This document shows, one piece after another, positions 1-13,199 of a DNA stretch of 64,000 bases. The position numbers and the translations under genes are program-made. Source of the DNA: Squalus acanthias (lineage: Eukaryota); the NCBI GenBank assembly GCA_030390025.1, contig JASTWF010000237.1:496001-560000 (forward strand), written 5' to 3'. Positions within the stretch are counted from its first letter, which is position 1, and each line of letters starts with the position of its first letter. The notes under the pieces were generated by a model. It made no database searches and was not told the DNA's origin. It saw nothing but the letters and a program-made list of their open reading frames with translations.

Positions 1-992
1 AGCTGCCATATTCAAGTTAAAAAGACTATTAAAGGTGTTCTTTCATACTTGAATATTGTACATAATTTATGAAAAGTTCAAGTTGCTGAATTTGTTGATC
101 AAAATGCAATGAACTATCTCTAAATGTATGTATTTTATCAACAAAGACGGTGTTAAAATTTGACAGTCTTGACATGCTGATTTCTATGTACACTCATTTC
201 AGTGTGAGGTTACAGGATTAATAATACAGTTTCATGCTACTTGCCATTTTTAACCATGATCATTATGATAAAGGGCATATACTTAATTACAGCCCTGTTT
301 AATTACAGCTGTGTTGAAGCTCGTTTGTTTGGTAGAATGCTAATTAAAGTGGCGAGCCTGTGGCATGTCCTTATTTTCATCCTTTGTGCTAGGTGAATGA
401 ACTAGCTGTAATGCACCATGTATTAGTGCTTTACCAAAATAATTACAAGTGCCACCAGGATTCTGCTGGATAAGTCTCAAAAGTTAAAAACTTTTAGTTT
501 ACCACTGCAGTCTTCTGCCCTGTTTACAGGTTCACCAAGTGTTGCTTTCCACATTTTTAGTTCAACATTTAATGTTTTATATGGGATACGGTATGATCTT
601 AAAGTTAGTGTATCGTATAGAAAATAAATTTGGATAACCGTTGTTATTTTGATCGCTTTCCCTTAACTTGTGTGTAAACTCTTACATTGTAGTTTCAGTA
701 TGACCATCTGTTGCCTGCTACTCCCATTTCAGTAAAATTGGTATTAAATCAGAATATTACCTAGCAATACATTTTATTGAAATTTTAATACTAAATTCAA
801 GTAGCATTTGGTGGTAATGATACTTTAATCAACTAAACATTATAGTCCACTGAGCAAAATATTCTAAACTCCCTTTGCTACTTATTTGATTTTTTTGTAG
901 ATTTGCATAAAGCTCACCTGTTCTGAACCTTGGGCTGTTCCCAATTCATCAGTTTCACATTCTGTCCTGTTTACTGGTTTGCATTTATTTTT

Positions 993-1037
993 TCCCAACC
1001 TCTACAAACATGTCCCAACCTCTACAAACATGTCCCA
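993..1037. repeat. 20-bp tandem duplication (TCCCAACCTCTACAAACATG x2 plus a partial copy)
   Basis: Read directly from the sequence. Confidence 0.9.
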
Positions 1038-2855
1038 TGAGGTATTGAACAGAATTAGCAAGTTTAAATGAAAATTATATTTAATTTGAATTCAATAGAA
1101 TTTTTCAGAAACATTATACTTATATACTTGGGAGCTGGAGTGTTTGTATTCTTTCAACACACCTCTTTTCTGCAAAACAATCTTTTATGTAAGCACACAT
1201 ATTATAAAGTTGGTTAGTCCTGCTCTTGTGCCTGCCCTGGCTATAAGTAACGTGCACTTGGCAGTATGAATTTTCTCTAGTTAGGGTTAAGTGAGTAAAA
1301 TATTATGGGCAACAACTGATCAGGAGTTTCAGTAAAATTGTAATTTTCTGTTGCATAATTTCGACTGAAAGATTGAAACATTTTACATTTTGGACAAACA
1401 GTTGCTAGTTTTAATGTTAACATTGGTAGATTGTAGAAATAACACAATGCAGCAGTGTATAATTGTGCTGTAAAGATAGTAAAATGAGGCATCTAAGCAA
1501 GATATTTAACATGAATATATAAAAAGCTCAAAATATTGAGTTGAATGCATACAAAAGTATAGATTTTGGGGTGGGGGGGAGGGGAAAGGTTTTGAAATCT
1601 TAAGTATCTCTTTACTTAATGAAGCTATTGCCAATCGAGTGTTACTTCAAGTTGGCTGTCTTGCTAGATTGAACATGCATGCTTGCACATTTGCACAGGG
1701 TGTCCTGTCTGTAAATAGAAGCCTATTATCAGAATTGAGATGTTTTAGATAGCTACAGAGATCCAGCCTTATTGTTGAATTTAAAATTCTGGGACATTTA
1801 GTCATTCATGCCATAAAAATCTTTTTGGGAGAAACTCAATAAACTCATAAATCATCAATGCCAGCTTTCATGCTAACCATCTAAAAGTTTGGCCATTTCC
1901 CAATAACTCTTATTAAATTCCTGGCTAATGAGTGCTTGAGGGACAAGCTTCCTATGCAGGTGGTCTCCTAATACAGTGTTCTACAATAACATCATTAATT
2001 TTTTGATAGGACTTGCATTACTTGGGCACTATGACTCTTGTCTGCCTATCAAGGTCATTGCACTTTTAAATAGTCTTCCTTGTCATTTAACCTTATTCAT
2101 TTGCAGTTATTAAGTGTTTTGACACTGGCATATTTTGTTGTATGATGGTTTCCTCGGAAAAAACAACGAAAGCATAAACAGCAATATTTGAAAAATTGTG
2201 TTTTTTAGAAAACCTAAGCAATACCGAATTTATAATTTTGACTAACAATCGAAAAGTTCCTTTCTGCTGTTGTGACTGTTGACAATTTGCAAATCTCCTG
2301 AAATCTGGTGTCTCGTTTGCACTGTTGTAAAAGTTACGCCAGCAGCTTTCACACTTGAACAAAATGTGGATCATGCTACTGCATTAGCTGCGTCTCCAGA
2401 TTTGATTGTTTCTCTACAATAGGCCTGTATCTGAGAATTAATTGATTGAGCAAACTTTCTTAATTCTATACATTTTCTAATGCATCAAGCCAACATGTTA
2501 CAGACCTTCCTGTCACTCTTTTTTTAAAGTTCTTAAATCTGGTCTTATGAATAAAGATTTGAATTAGTAAAAGTGTAATCGCCTGCTATAAAGGAAACTA
2601 TCCCCTTTTAGGTGTGGCGGAAGCTGCCACAGGTTGTATTTTTTGGTGAATTACCTGAAAGCTCAATAAATTAAAAGTAGAAATGCCATTGTATGAAATA
2701 AGTTAATTCACGGCAGACTTCATGAGAAAGGGCTCCTGCCTTTTCAAGAATGATTATTTTTGTTCTGTTGCACAGATCCGCGACCAGTAAATCTCTAATA
2801 TCGTACCCTAATCAAGCATCATTAAGAATTAACTACCTTTTTGTGTCTTTTTCAG

Positions 2856-2911
2856 CAATGGATGGTGTGCCTTTCACGATTTCAGAGAAATTCTCCAGTG
2901 CAGTTGAAGCT
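2856..2911 (+). CDS. MVB12B: MVB12B internal coding exon (56 nt), start of the UMA domain
   Basis: Polypyrimidine tract plus ttttcag acceptor and a GTAAGT donor at 2912. Translates (x)CA-MDGVPFTISEKFSSAVEA, matching my recollection of vertebrate MVB12B (AMDGVPFMISEKFS...). Confidence 0.93.
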
Positions 2912-5539
2912 GTAAGTGTCTTATCACTGTGACTAAAACAATCTTCCTCTTTCAAAGCTGTGTGAGAAATTATAAATGCAAGTTTTAATTTTCACTATTT
3001 ATTCGAGATCCATTGCAAATATATGCTGTAATATATAAGAATTTCAAAATATGTTAAGGATGAACAAGAATATATGACTTTGTTCAATTTTGAGAGAAAA
3101 AGTGCTTTTTATATAGTGGGGAAACTATTATTTGAGCGAATATTTGTACTTGGAACAAGAAGTTGCCATCCATTGCCTTCACTTATACAGTGAATCAATA
3201 GCAATAGCCACAAAGCAAAATGTTCTAATTCTTAATTAAAATTATGTTTGACCACTTTAACATGCCCTAAGCATTTTTCAAATATGATTGTGACTTTGAG
3301 TAGCCTAGCTTGGCTGAGTGAATCCACTTTGTGCACATTTTGGCTGCTGTCCAGTGCCTTTTTCCGTACTGTTTACCAAATCTAGTTGGGAGTGTTCCGA
3401 GGGTGCACTAAATCTTAATTAAACAGCAGCTGTACCTCTGCTGGGTTCCAGAGTAACAAATATTGCTCAAAAGAAATTTAGCAAAATCAACACCAAGCGA
3501 GAAGTGGTATTAACAGTGGGGAAGATTCAGACAACAAAATGAGTTATTAAGATGGTTGGTAGCATAAGGCACAGAGTTGGGGGACATGTCAGCTTAAATT
3601 TTGGGTCAGATTTAATTAATGTAGGATCCATAGAGATGCAAAACACTTTAGAGATGTATGCATTACGTTTCTTGCATTACAGTTTGTTAGACATAGTTCT
3701 AAGAAATGTTGTCTGGAAAGCATTAAATGCCATTGTATTCTTTAACTAAATATTGTTCAACCTCAAGTATTTTGCTGCCATAAAGTTTTGACTAATGGTG
3801 GCTAAATGTAAATCTGTCCTACTGATGTACGACAGAAATGAATGGACTGAAAATCGTGGGCAGCATGTGCAAAGCTTTGTACAGAGAGCACTGAAAACAA
3901 AAATTTATATTAGCGTGCTTAGTTGTTTTGAAATATTCAAAATGCAAATATTTTAGAGTGCAAAGTTGTTTGTTTATAGTATCTACTATTGAAGTGGTTT
4001 CCATTGAGCAATAAATGATTTTACTAACTATATTAAGGGCACATCTTTTTTTTAAAGTAATGAGATGGTCTGATGCCAGACCAGAAAGACCCGCGCGATT
4101 GCTATGTGGGTAGAGTTTAGGCACAGTGTGAATGCATTTTCCAGCACACACAATCTGCACCCTAAGGTGCATTTCTTCACAATTCAACTTTTTTTTTATA
4201 TATACTTGTCGCATATCCAGAAAATCCACTGTTAATTTTCTTGTTGAAAATTTTAATCTAAGATTGTAAAAGAATATAAATTACAGCCGTTATTTCTTCT
4301 TTGAGTTTGTTTTCATCACCTGTGTACGCACGATTTTATATTGAGTGCACAGATAAGAGAATTGCAAAATGAAAAAAAAAAGCACCTGGAATGATGGTCA
4401 AAGAGCAAGGAGGGTGTCCCAGAGCTCTTTGTACTACAGAGTGCACTGATAGAGTGTGGGTGTATGTCACTCAATCTCCACACACACAGCTCCCTATTTC
4501 AATCATCCCACCACTGATGAGAGGATATCTGAGAGCCTGTCCCCAGAATACACTTGTTTGCCACCTAAAAGGTGCCAAAGGTGGATGAGTCTGAATTTCC
4601 TCCAATTAAATGTCACAAAGGCCAAAGCCATGTTCCCTTAGCCAGGGACGATGCGTTGCACAGGAAGGCTTAGGGAAAGGAAAAATGGATAACAATGAAG
4701 CAAATTACAAAAATAATTTCTGTACGCCTTGCACTGTCAAATTTGTTGGTAGATGGGCAATTTTGTCTGCTACCCACATTAGAATGGAAGAAATGAGAAC
4801 ATAAAATCTTATTATTGGTTTGAATACATATGCTATATAATCAGTAGAATATAAACTAAATGAAAGCATCCTCACAGTATTTGAGATGTCTTCGTTCATG
4901 TTGAACACTCCAGCAAGCAATAGTAGCTATAGTTCTCTGTTATACCAACTCTAATAGAATTTAGCACAAATGACTGGAAAGTAAAGAAACTTTTTTTTAA
5001 TTAAAACTACTCTGTGCGTATTAATAATGCCTGAGATATGGTTGATTGCTGTAATTCCATCTCTGCGTTCAGATGACATTCAAAAATTACTTGACCTTTG
5101 CTGTTGTGGTTTGATGTTACTATTGTGGTTTGATGTTACCTGAATCTCTCAAATGAGTCATATGAGCAAACTTTTGTAATTGAACACAAAATGTATTTGC
5201 AATGAATTTCTATTGAAGAAAATGTATCATCGGTAAAAGTAAATGCTTTAACTTTTTTGGGGGGTGGGGGGATTGCCTGTACCTGAAATGATTTCATGTT
5301 AAATGTCTGCATAACTTAAGCAGTATAACTGTCAAAAGGAACTGAAAATATGTCACAATAACTCAGTGTATTACACTGGACCTTCAGCCGGTTACTTGTC
5401 AACTCAAGCTTAGGCACAATGAATGTAATTGATTTGCAATACCATAATGAAAGCTTCCAAACTGTACTTAGGAAGGTGTATCTCTGAAAGTACACATGGT
5501 CCATTCCATGGGACTGCCCTTGTGTAGCTCATCAAATAT

Positions 5540-6465
5540 CCATTCTTGGCCCTTTTCTTTCTCATCTACATGCTACTCTCAGTGACAGCATGCCTCGGCA
5601 CAGGGTCTGCTTCCATATTTTTGCTGGTAACACTACTCTTATTCCCTTATTCTGCTTCCCTTATTGCCACAGTCGCCCCCGAGTGCCTGTTTGACACAAA
5701 GTCATGGATGAGTCTGAATTTCCTCCAATTAAATGTCACAAAGGCCAAAGCCATTGTTTTCAGTTTCCTTGTTGCTGACTCCACCCCCTTCCCTAGTTGC
5801 TCACTCAAGCTGAACCAGACGGTGGGCAATCTTGGCATCCTGGTCAACCCCATATCCTAGCCATCAAGACCATTTACTTACACATTGTCAGCTCCTGTCC
5901 CGACTTCACCCACTGCTGCCAAAACCCTTATCCTCCCTTTGGTCATTTGTAGGCACAATTTTCTTTGACCCCCCTTGCTCACCAGCCCCTGAATTTCCAA
6001 CTGTCATAAACTCCAACTCATCCAAATTTCTGCTGCCCACAGCCTGCCTCACACTTGGCTCTGCTCTCCCTTCATCGCTGTCTTTACTGACCTCCTATCT
6101 CCCAACACACTGAATTTAAAATTTTAACCCTCATCTACAAATCTCTCCAAACCCTCACCCCAAAATATCTCTGCAATATTCTCCAACCTCACATATCCTA
6201 TCATGCCTTCCAGTCCTCTGATTCTGGCCATATATACAACTCCTTCTTCCTCCATTGGTGACAGAACCTTGCTGTTTCAACCCTATGCTCTTGAACTCCC
6301 TCCCTAAACTGCTTCTCTCTCTCTTTTCGCCATTTAAATTTTCTCAAAACCCACCCCTTCAACCTAGCTTCTGGTTAATTCTCCTAACTCCCGCTCATGC
6401 CCTTTTTTCCTCTCTGAAGCACTTTGGGATGTTTTTCTATATCTAAGGTGCTAAATAAATGAAAA
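5540..6465 (+). mobile_element. Degenerate L2-clade LINE 3' fragment
   Basis: WMSLNFLQLNVTKAKAIVF and VGNLGIL motifs of L2 RT C-terminal regions. C-rich composition. The 3' tail tgaagcactttgggatg...taaatgaaa resembles the SINE tails in this window. Confidence 0.75.
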
Positions 6466-6814
6466 TCTAGATTTGTGCATAACACCGCACTCAAGTAGAA
6501 AAGTATCTTTCTTGTCTAATTTATTTGTACAGTAAAATTTTAGATTAACATTTAAGGATGAGTAAAATAAATAAGACATTTTTGAAAACAAAAGTACTGT
6601 ATAAGAGGGTTATTGTCGTGAAAGAATCTGAAAAAGATATGCATCCATGCATAAAATGATCAGTTGTAATCATAGGTTTTAGTCTGTCAAATAACCTTTG
6701 TTTAATAGTGGTGGTTTATCAGAATTAATGTTAGCTATAATTTTGTACTCTTGGGTTTTGTCTTGAATTTGTTTTTATTAAAACCTCAATTTTGATTTTT
6801 GAATTTGTTTTCAG

Positions 6815-6874
6815 GTGCAACCAGTTGATTTAATGGGCATAACAATCAAATCGTTGGCCGAAATAGAAAGAGAA
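6815..6874 (+). CDS. MVB12B: MVB12B penultimate coding exon (60 nt)
   Basis: tttgttttcag acceptor and GTAAGT donor at 6875, phase 0/0. Encodes VQPVDLMGITIKSLAEIERE (MVB12B: MQPFDLLGITIKSLAEIEKE). In frame with the flanking exons. Confidence 0.93.
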
Positions 6875-8111
6875 GTAAGTATCTATTTGTAAATCATCTG
6901 AAAGGAAAAATATTACTCTGTAGTGTCCTTCATGACAAATTAAAGCATAAGATTCAGCATATGATTCAGCATACGTTGCTGTCGTTCTTTTTGTTGTAAA
7001 ACAAATAATTAAAAGGTACGTGCACATCAGACCATATTATTTCTAATCTATATTTAGATAGATGTTGGAAATAGATTTAAATACAACGATTACATAGATA
7101 TATATTTAACAAATCATTAGTGTTTTGTTTTTTTAATCTTCACATATAATGGGCGAAGCCATCAACCAGTAGGGAGTAAACCACTTGGTGTTCACCCAGT
7201 CTGATGTATGTAGGCCTTCTTCCAAGCCACCTCCTTTTTTTTCCCTCAATTGTCAGTCACACTCTTGGCTGTTGTCCATTCACACATTTCCCGATTTAGT
7301 ATTTTATGTCCTTTGATGAGATTCGTCTTGTGGAGTAGTATCTTTTCCAGACGATCTGTAATTTAAAAATCATTAATGCCATATTTTAGCAAATAAACAC
7401 TTTGTTTTTGGATTCCCATTATCGGTGTGCAGAGCCTTGCCTTCGGCACATCTGCTGTGGTGAGTGTCATGGGTCTTTCACAGTGACTGATACACACAAC
7501 ACTTGTTGGTGTTGTTTACTGATATTACACAGATTACAGAATTGTGAAGCCTGCTGCAGTTTGAGCAAAAGGGTTGATCATGACTTCTTCTTCACTGGAA
7601 GACGGTCTTATTGACACATGTTGAACTTAATTTTTTCCCAACATAAACTGACCTTGAGCTCTAGATATTCTAAAAAGCATAACTTCAACTCCAGTTCTGG
7701 AAAGGAATCAGGCTTTAAGTAGAGATCCAGGAAGCACAGGCCAAGCAGTGTCCCTCCTTGAAGTGAAGGTGTACTTGACCCCAAAATTGAAAACTTGACC
7801 AAAGTATTCAGTAGTATTGACATTCTTAACTGATGCACAGATCAGGTCATCATATACCATATCTGCAGAACCTCGAGCAGATTGCTGTTCATGAAGCACA
7901 TTATGCTTCATTGGAAAGCTGTTATTAATGCAGAGACATTCATTAGAAAACATCAAATGCCCATTATATTCATTTTTTTAAACATGATTTTATGTTGCAC
8001 CATTTGGAACAAGCAGGTGCTGAAATTTTCTCACAGGAGCATAGACATTTGAATCCTGTCGATCTCTAGGGACATGAGCTTCCTTTATGCTTTACTTCCA
8101 TTTTTTAATCT

Positions 8112-8559
8112 GGAGTGGCTCAGTGGTAGCATTTTTGCCTCAGACTCAACATTGTGGGTTCAAGCCTCACTCCAGAGACTTGAGCACATATTCTAAGCCG
8201 ACACTTCATTGCAGTACTGAGGGATTCCTGCACTGTTGGAGATGCCATCTTTCGAATGAAACATTAATCCGAAGTTGCATCTGCCCTCAGATGTACATAA
8301 AAGATCCCATGGTGCAATTTGAAGAGGAGCAGGGGAGTTCTCCCAGTGCTCTGACCAACATCTATGACTCAACTAGCATCACAGAACAGATAATCTGGTC
8401 ATTTATCTGTTATTTGTGGAACTTTGCAGTGTGCTAATTGGCAGCCACAGTTCCCTACATTACAACAATGACCACAATTCAATAGCACTTCATTGGCTGT
8501 GAAGCGCTTTGGGACGTCCCAAAGCCATGAAAGGCGCTATATAAATGCAAGTTCTTTCT
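8112..8559 (+). mobile_element. DeuSINE (SacSINE1-like), near full length
   Basis: tRNA-like head (tggctcagtggtag A box, gggttcaagcc B box), Deu-domain-like core (aaagatcccatgg...) and L2-like tail (aaggcgctatataaatgcaagtt). Homologous to several other copies in the window. Confidence 0.8.
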
Positions 8560-9929
8560 ATATTAACAAAGAAAATTAGGTTCCTGGAACTTCTAACTGA
8601 GTACAGTGATTAACGCTCTTAGATCTCCACAGACTGACTGTGGACAACACTTGGAGAGTCATCTTTTGTGCAGGAAACAGATTTTGTAATTGATAGCCTT
8701 GCTCCTGAAGAGATCAAGCTAACCAAGCAGAGTTCTATTCCTTTCCTTTAGTAAAAGGCAGCAGGTCACTGAATAGCTATTGTTATTTGCAGTGATACCC
8801 AACATGTGTGTCTTTGGGGAGATCGGGTTCCTCTCAGGCTGCTTCAAGATAATTGCAGTGAATTGAGGCACTCCAGGATGCAGTTTGCATCTTCCTGTTG
8901 AGAAGCAGCTAAAGAGAGAAAGAGAGCTAAATTGGTGTACCTCCATAAGATTACTGTAATAGTTTTTGATGGATAATTTTTTACCATATCTTTTTCAAAC
9001 CATGATTGGGGGGTGGGGGGTGGGGGGTGGGGTAACGTGGAGTATTTGGAGCAGAAAGTACTCAATTTGACTTTCATTCCACATTGAATGACATGAATAA
9101 CATCTGCCTGCCAATTTCAGTGTTGAACTGCCACATGTTCCCAGGTTCCATATCTGCTGTTCTAGCATGTTTATCATTAGTGGGCGAGTTGGGGTCTTGG
9201 CTGGACCACTACCTGGAATATCTCACAATAGCAGAACACTTCTACCTCTTTGCAGAAGCAAACAATTATTTATTTTTTTGTAGGGGGTGGAGGCAAGTGT
9301 CCTGTGTTTGTCTGTTAAGGAATGGTGTTGATGCCAGTTGTGATTAGAAGATGACTGACATGCCTCGCTTTTCCAAGTTGCAGAGGACAATACAGTAGGA
9401 TATTTAGGTGTTGATTATGGATAGGGAAGGGTAAATGTATTAAAAAGTTAACAAAATTATTCTACAGTCATTCTTTTAACAGACAATTTTTTCACCAAAT
9501 TCATGCATGCTGCATTGAAATGTATTCTAAGGTGACTGAGAAGAAAATAAATAAAGCAGAAGGCATTAGACCTTAATGGTAGATGATTTTAGGTTGGGAG
9601 ATGCCAGTTTCTTCAAGTAAAACTGAATGCCCATTGTTGTAACTACCTGAAAGGAGCTCCAGCTCCCCTGGTGTGCAACGCCATTATGTCTTAATTATGA
9701 ATGTCATTCGTGATTGACGGGTAGCTCTGTAAACAATTCAGCCTTCAGCATAGTCACATTTATTGAATGAAATAAAATCTACATCCTAGTGTATCTTAAA
9801 ATATACAGAATGTCATTGCAATACCTGCAGAATTACACTGAGATTTCTTTGCCTTAAAACAATTGAGGAATTGCATCTTTAACAGAAGTACACTGTCTGC
9901 TGCCAGGTGTTGCTGATTTAGGTCACCCT

Positions 9930-10360
9930 TAGATCAGTGGTAGCACTCTCGCATCAGACCCATTCCAGAGACTTTATCGTATAATCTAGGCTAACACTCT
10001 CGTGCAATATTGAGGGAGTGCTACACTGTTGGGAGGTGTCATCTTTCAGACAAGTAGTTAAATTGAGGTCCAATCTGCCTCACGGATGGACATAAAAGAT
10101 CCCGTGGCACGATTCAAAGAAGACCAGATGACTTCTCTCACTATTCTGACTAACATCTATCCCACAACCAACACCACCAAACAAATGATCTGGTCATTTA
10201 TCTCATTGCTGTTTGTGAAACCTTGTTATGTGTAAATTAGTTGCCACGTTTCCCTCCATGGCAGCAGTCACTACACTTCAAAAGTACTTCATTGGCCGGG
10301 AGCACTTTGGGACACCCTGAGGTTATGAATGGCACTATTTAAATGGAAGTTCGTTCGTTC
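9930..10360 (+). mobile_element. DeuSINE copy, more diverged
   Basis: Colinear with the 8112 and 33915 copies. Confidence 0.78.
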
Positions 10361-10486
10361 TTTTTGCTTAGCTATAATAGCATTTTAATCTGCATTTTGC
10401 ACGAGGAAAAGTGAAATTCAACATAGGCTGTTATACAAAACGAGGCCTTTTCTTCCATAACTTAGTTGAAACTTAGTAACTGTTTA

Positions 10487-11050
10487 CAGGAAACTCTTGT
10501 TTATCCGGCACCCAAATATCCGGAATTCTCGCTTAACCGGCAAAAATCATCCTCTGAAAACTCCTCTCAAATAACCGGCAATGTTGCCGAGTCGCAGTCA
10601 GAGTCTCCGCGAACGCCGAGTACTCCGAAAACTCCTCTCAAATAACCGGCAATGTTGCCGATCCCGAGTCCGCGAACGCTGATTTAGTCAGTAGGGGTAG
10701 TTTTCAAAAGTGCCACTACTCGGCCTCCTGGCGCTGTCGGAAGTCCGAAACACTGCAGTAGCAGGAGTTGATTCTCCCGCGCTGCCGGGAGTCTCACTTA
10801 CTGTTAAGTAATTAAAGAGTTATGGATAACTCTCAACTGGCAGTACTGTACTTAATCAAGCATCTTCCACCATCCATTTAACACAACATTCTGTAGGTGA
10901 GTACCCAAATACTGTATACTGCACATTTCTTGATTTTTTAATTTTTCTTTGTTAAAAATAGCCTCGGTAGATATAACTCTGTTATCCGGAACTTTCGATC
11001 AACCGGCACCACGCCGGTCCCGTCGGTGCCGGATACCAAAGAGTTTCCTG
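10487..11050. mobile_element. Tc1/mariner (pogo/Tigger-like) non-autonomous DNA transposon
   Basis: TIRs CAGGAAACTCT / AGAGTTTCCTG with TA on both sides. Internal ~34-bp direct repeat (aaaactcctctcaaataaccggcaatgttgccga) at ~10557 and ~10628. CpG-rich. Confidence 0.85.
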
Positions 11051-12142
11051 TACTTGGATGATTCACAGCTGCCTATCCGTATGTGTCTCATGCAGTACAG
11101 AAAACCAACTTCTTTGGAAGTCGAGTTCCTTAGTGGTTTGGGATGTTGGCTTCTGAGATCTAACTTTGATTATAAGTTGTTTAATGATCTCCCCTTGTAC
11201 ATTTTCAGTGATGAGAGGGCATAAAAAACAAATTTGTCTTGCCCCAGGCAGGCTGCTGCTGCTCACGCTCCTGGTTTTCAGTGGGAGGGCATTATTCATC
11301 ATATATTTCAATGATCGAACAGGGAACGAATATTTCCTTCACAATGTTTTGGAGGCCTTTGGTGGATTGTCAAAAGACTTTGCTGCACTTGGTTTTTGTT
11401 ATGTCTTTGAGTTACCCTTGATCATGAAACGATCTGTCAGTCAATCTGTTCAGAACAAAATAGATGTGGGAATAGATGGATGGGTTTCTCAAATTGTTTA
11501 CTGATCTGGCATCTATTAAACAGTTGACCCTTTTCTTAGTGCTATCTCTGATGTAGCGCAAATATTTCTATGGCTCCTGGTTTTCCCATTCTGTTTGGGG
11601 GCTTCCAGCAGAAAATTTGATAACCCCAGTCTCATGATTTTAGGATTATTCATTTTAAACTCTGGCCCTTGATATAATGGAGAGGAGATGGTTACCAGAA
11701 TTCCTCCAAGAATTGACTTCCCTTGAAGTAGAATTGCACAAATTGGCTTCAGAAGCTCCTCCTGTGTCTGTCCATATTCACCAGATTTAACTTCTATCCT
11801 GAACGGTTTTGATTGATCTCCTGTGTATTTGAGTAGGGAGTTTCAAACACTTGGAATTTTTTTTGCTTCCCCAGCCTTCAGAAGAAAAAAAAAATCAAAA
11901 GCCATTTGTAAACATAGCCTGGTTTCAAAGACCGTACTACTAGAATTCTTAATGTTTGGTTGAAGTGAATCACATTACAAAACAAGGTGATGCACTTTGT
12001 TGATTGGAAAATGAGCAATCAGACATCACCAAGAGGCTCAACGGATCAGGGCAACACAATATCTTTTTTTAAATAGAAGCCCTGACATCCCAGAATATTA
12101 TCTCTTTGTTGTGGTCCACAAGTTTTATATTTTTTTTCTTTA

Positions 12143-12372
12143 ACATAGGAACATTAGGAACAGGAGTAGGCCACAAGCCCCTCGAGCCTGTTCCGTCATT
12201 CAATTGGATCATGGCTGAACCATGCCTCAACTCCATTTATTCACCTTTGCTCCATATCCCGTGATGCCCTCACCTAACAAAAATGTATCGATCTCAGTCT
12301 TGAAAGCTCCAATTGTCCCAGCATCCACAGCCTTTTTTGTGAGAGAATTCCAGATTTCTACTGCCCTTCGGG
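12143..12372 (-). mobile_element. CR1 LINE 3' end
   Basis: acataggaacattaggaacaggagtaggcc...ctcgagcctg tail. Same family as 33992-34360. Confidence 0.75.
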
Positions 12373-13199
12373 TGAACTTTAACCTAAAAAAATGGGTGGG
12401 TTGGGGGCGTGTGGGTAGTTGAAGTGTTTAAAAAAATCTGAATCTCGACCTGAACCCGCCTCCAACCTGCCCACTTCAGGTTTTAATGGAGGCGGGATGG
12501 GGTCGGGGGAGGGTAACAATTAATGTTCTATTTTAAAACTAAACTTGCCATTTTTCATGACTGCAGGATAGATCTAAACTGCTGGTTTTTCTGTAACCAT
12601 AATTACTGTTAGAAAGAGGAAGTAAATCAGTGGATTTCTAACTTTTCTATAGATACCTTTCTGTGAATTGATCTTAAAAAGTGCTGGTGAATAATGTTCA
12701 CTAAAATGTACTTGATCATATCTTTAGACATCTACTTCTTCATTGCCTCCAGATTCTTTTTTCCAAACTTGGTTGAGAGCATTTTGTTCACATTGGAGAT
12801 ACTCGATGAGACCGAGAACATCACACACTCCGCTGATCTCGACCTGTAACTATGGCAGTGCAGATAAGAGCCATGAGACTGATCCCTAGTGTTAGAGGCC
12901 TGAGTTAAGAGGAAACACCAGAAAACCTGAACTTTTCAGCCTTGAAAGGAGGTGTCGGAGAGATGATCTTATACTTTAAATTAAATTGCGAGTGTATGGC
13001 AAGGAGATAGAAACTGGTAAAAGGTCAATTTAGGACTGATCTTCACACAGAGTGATCAATACATGGAATCGACTCCAGGATAGAATAGTGGAAGCAAAAA
13101 CTGTGGAATCATTTAAAAGTAACTGGATATTACATTGAGGGAACTTTAGGCTGTTTTTGGATAGATGAACTATGATGGGCCGTATACCCTTCCTCATTC

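Noticed and set aside
2750-2932. 60-aa ORF as a stand-alone gene
   Set aside because: Only 2856-2911 is coding (the MVB12B exon). The rest is intron read-through.
5104-5139. 17-bp direct repeat (also a 12-bp tandem at ~6951-6974)
   Set aside because: Ordinary slippage duplications.
8112-8190. tRNA gene
   Set aside because: The A/B boxes belong to a SINE head. There is no full cloverleaf and the sequence continues into the SINE body.
10557-10661. CRISPR-like repeat-spacer-repeat (~34-bp repeats)
   Set aside because: Only two units, inside a TA-flanked MITE in a vertebrate intron, with no cas genes.
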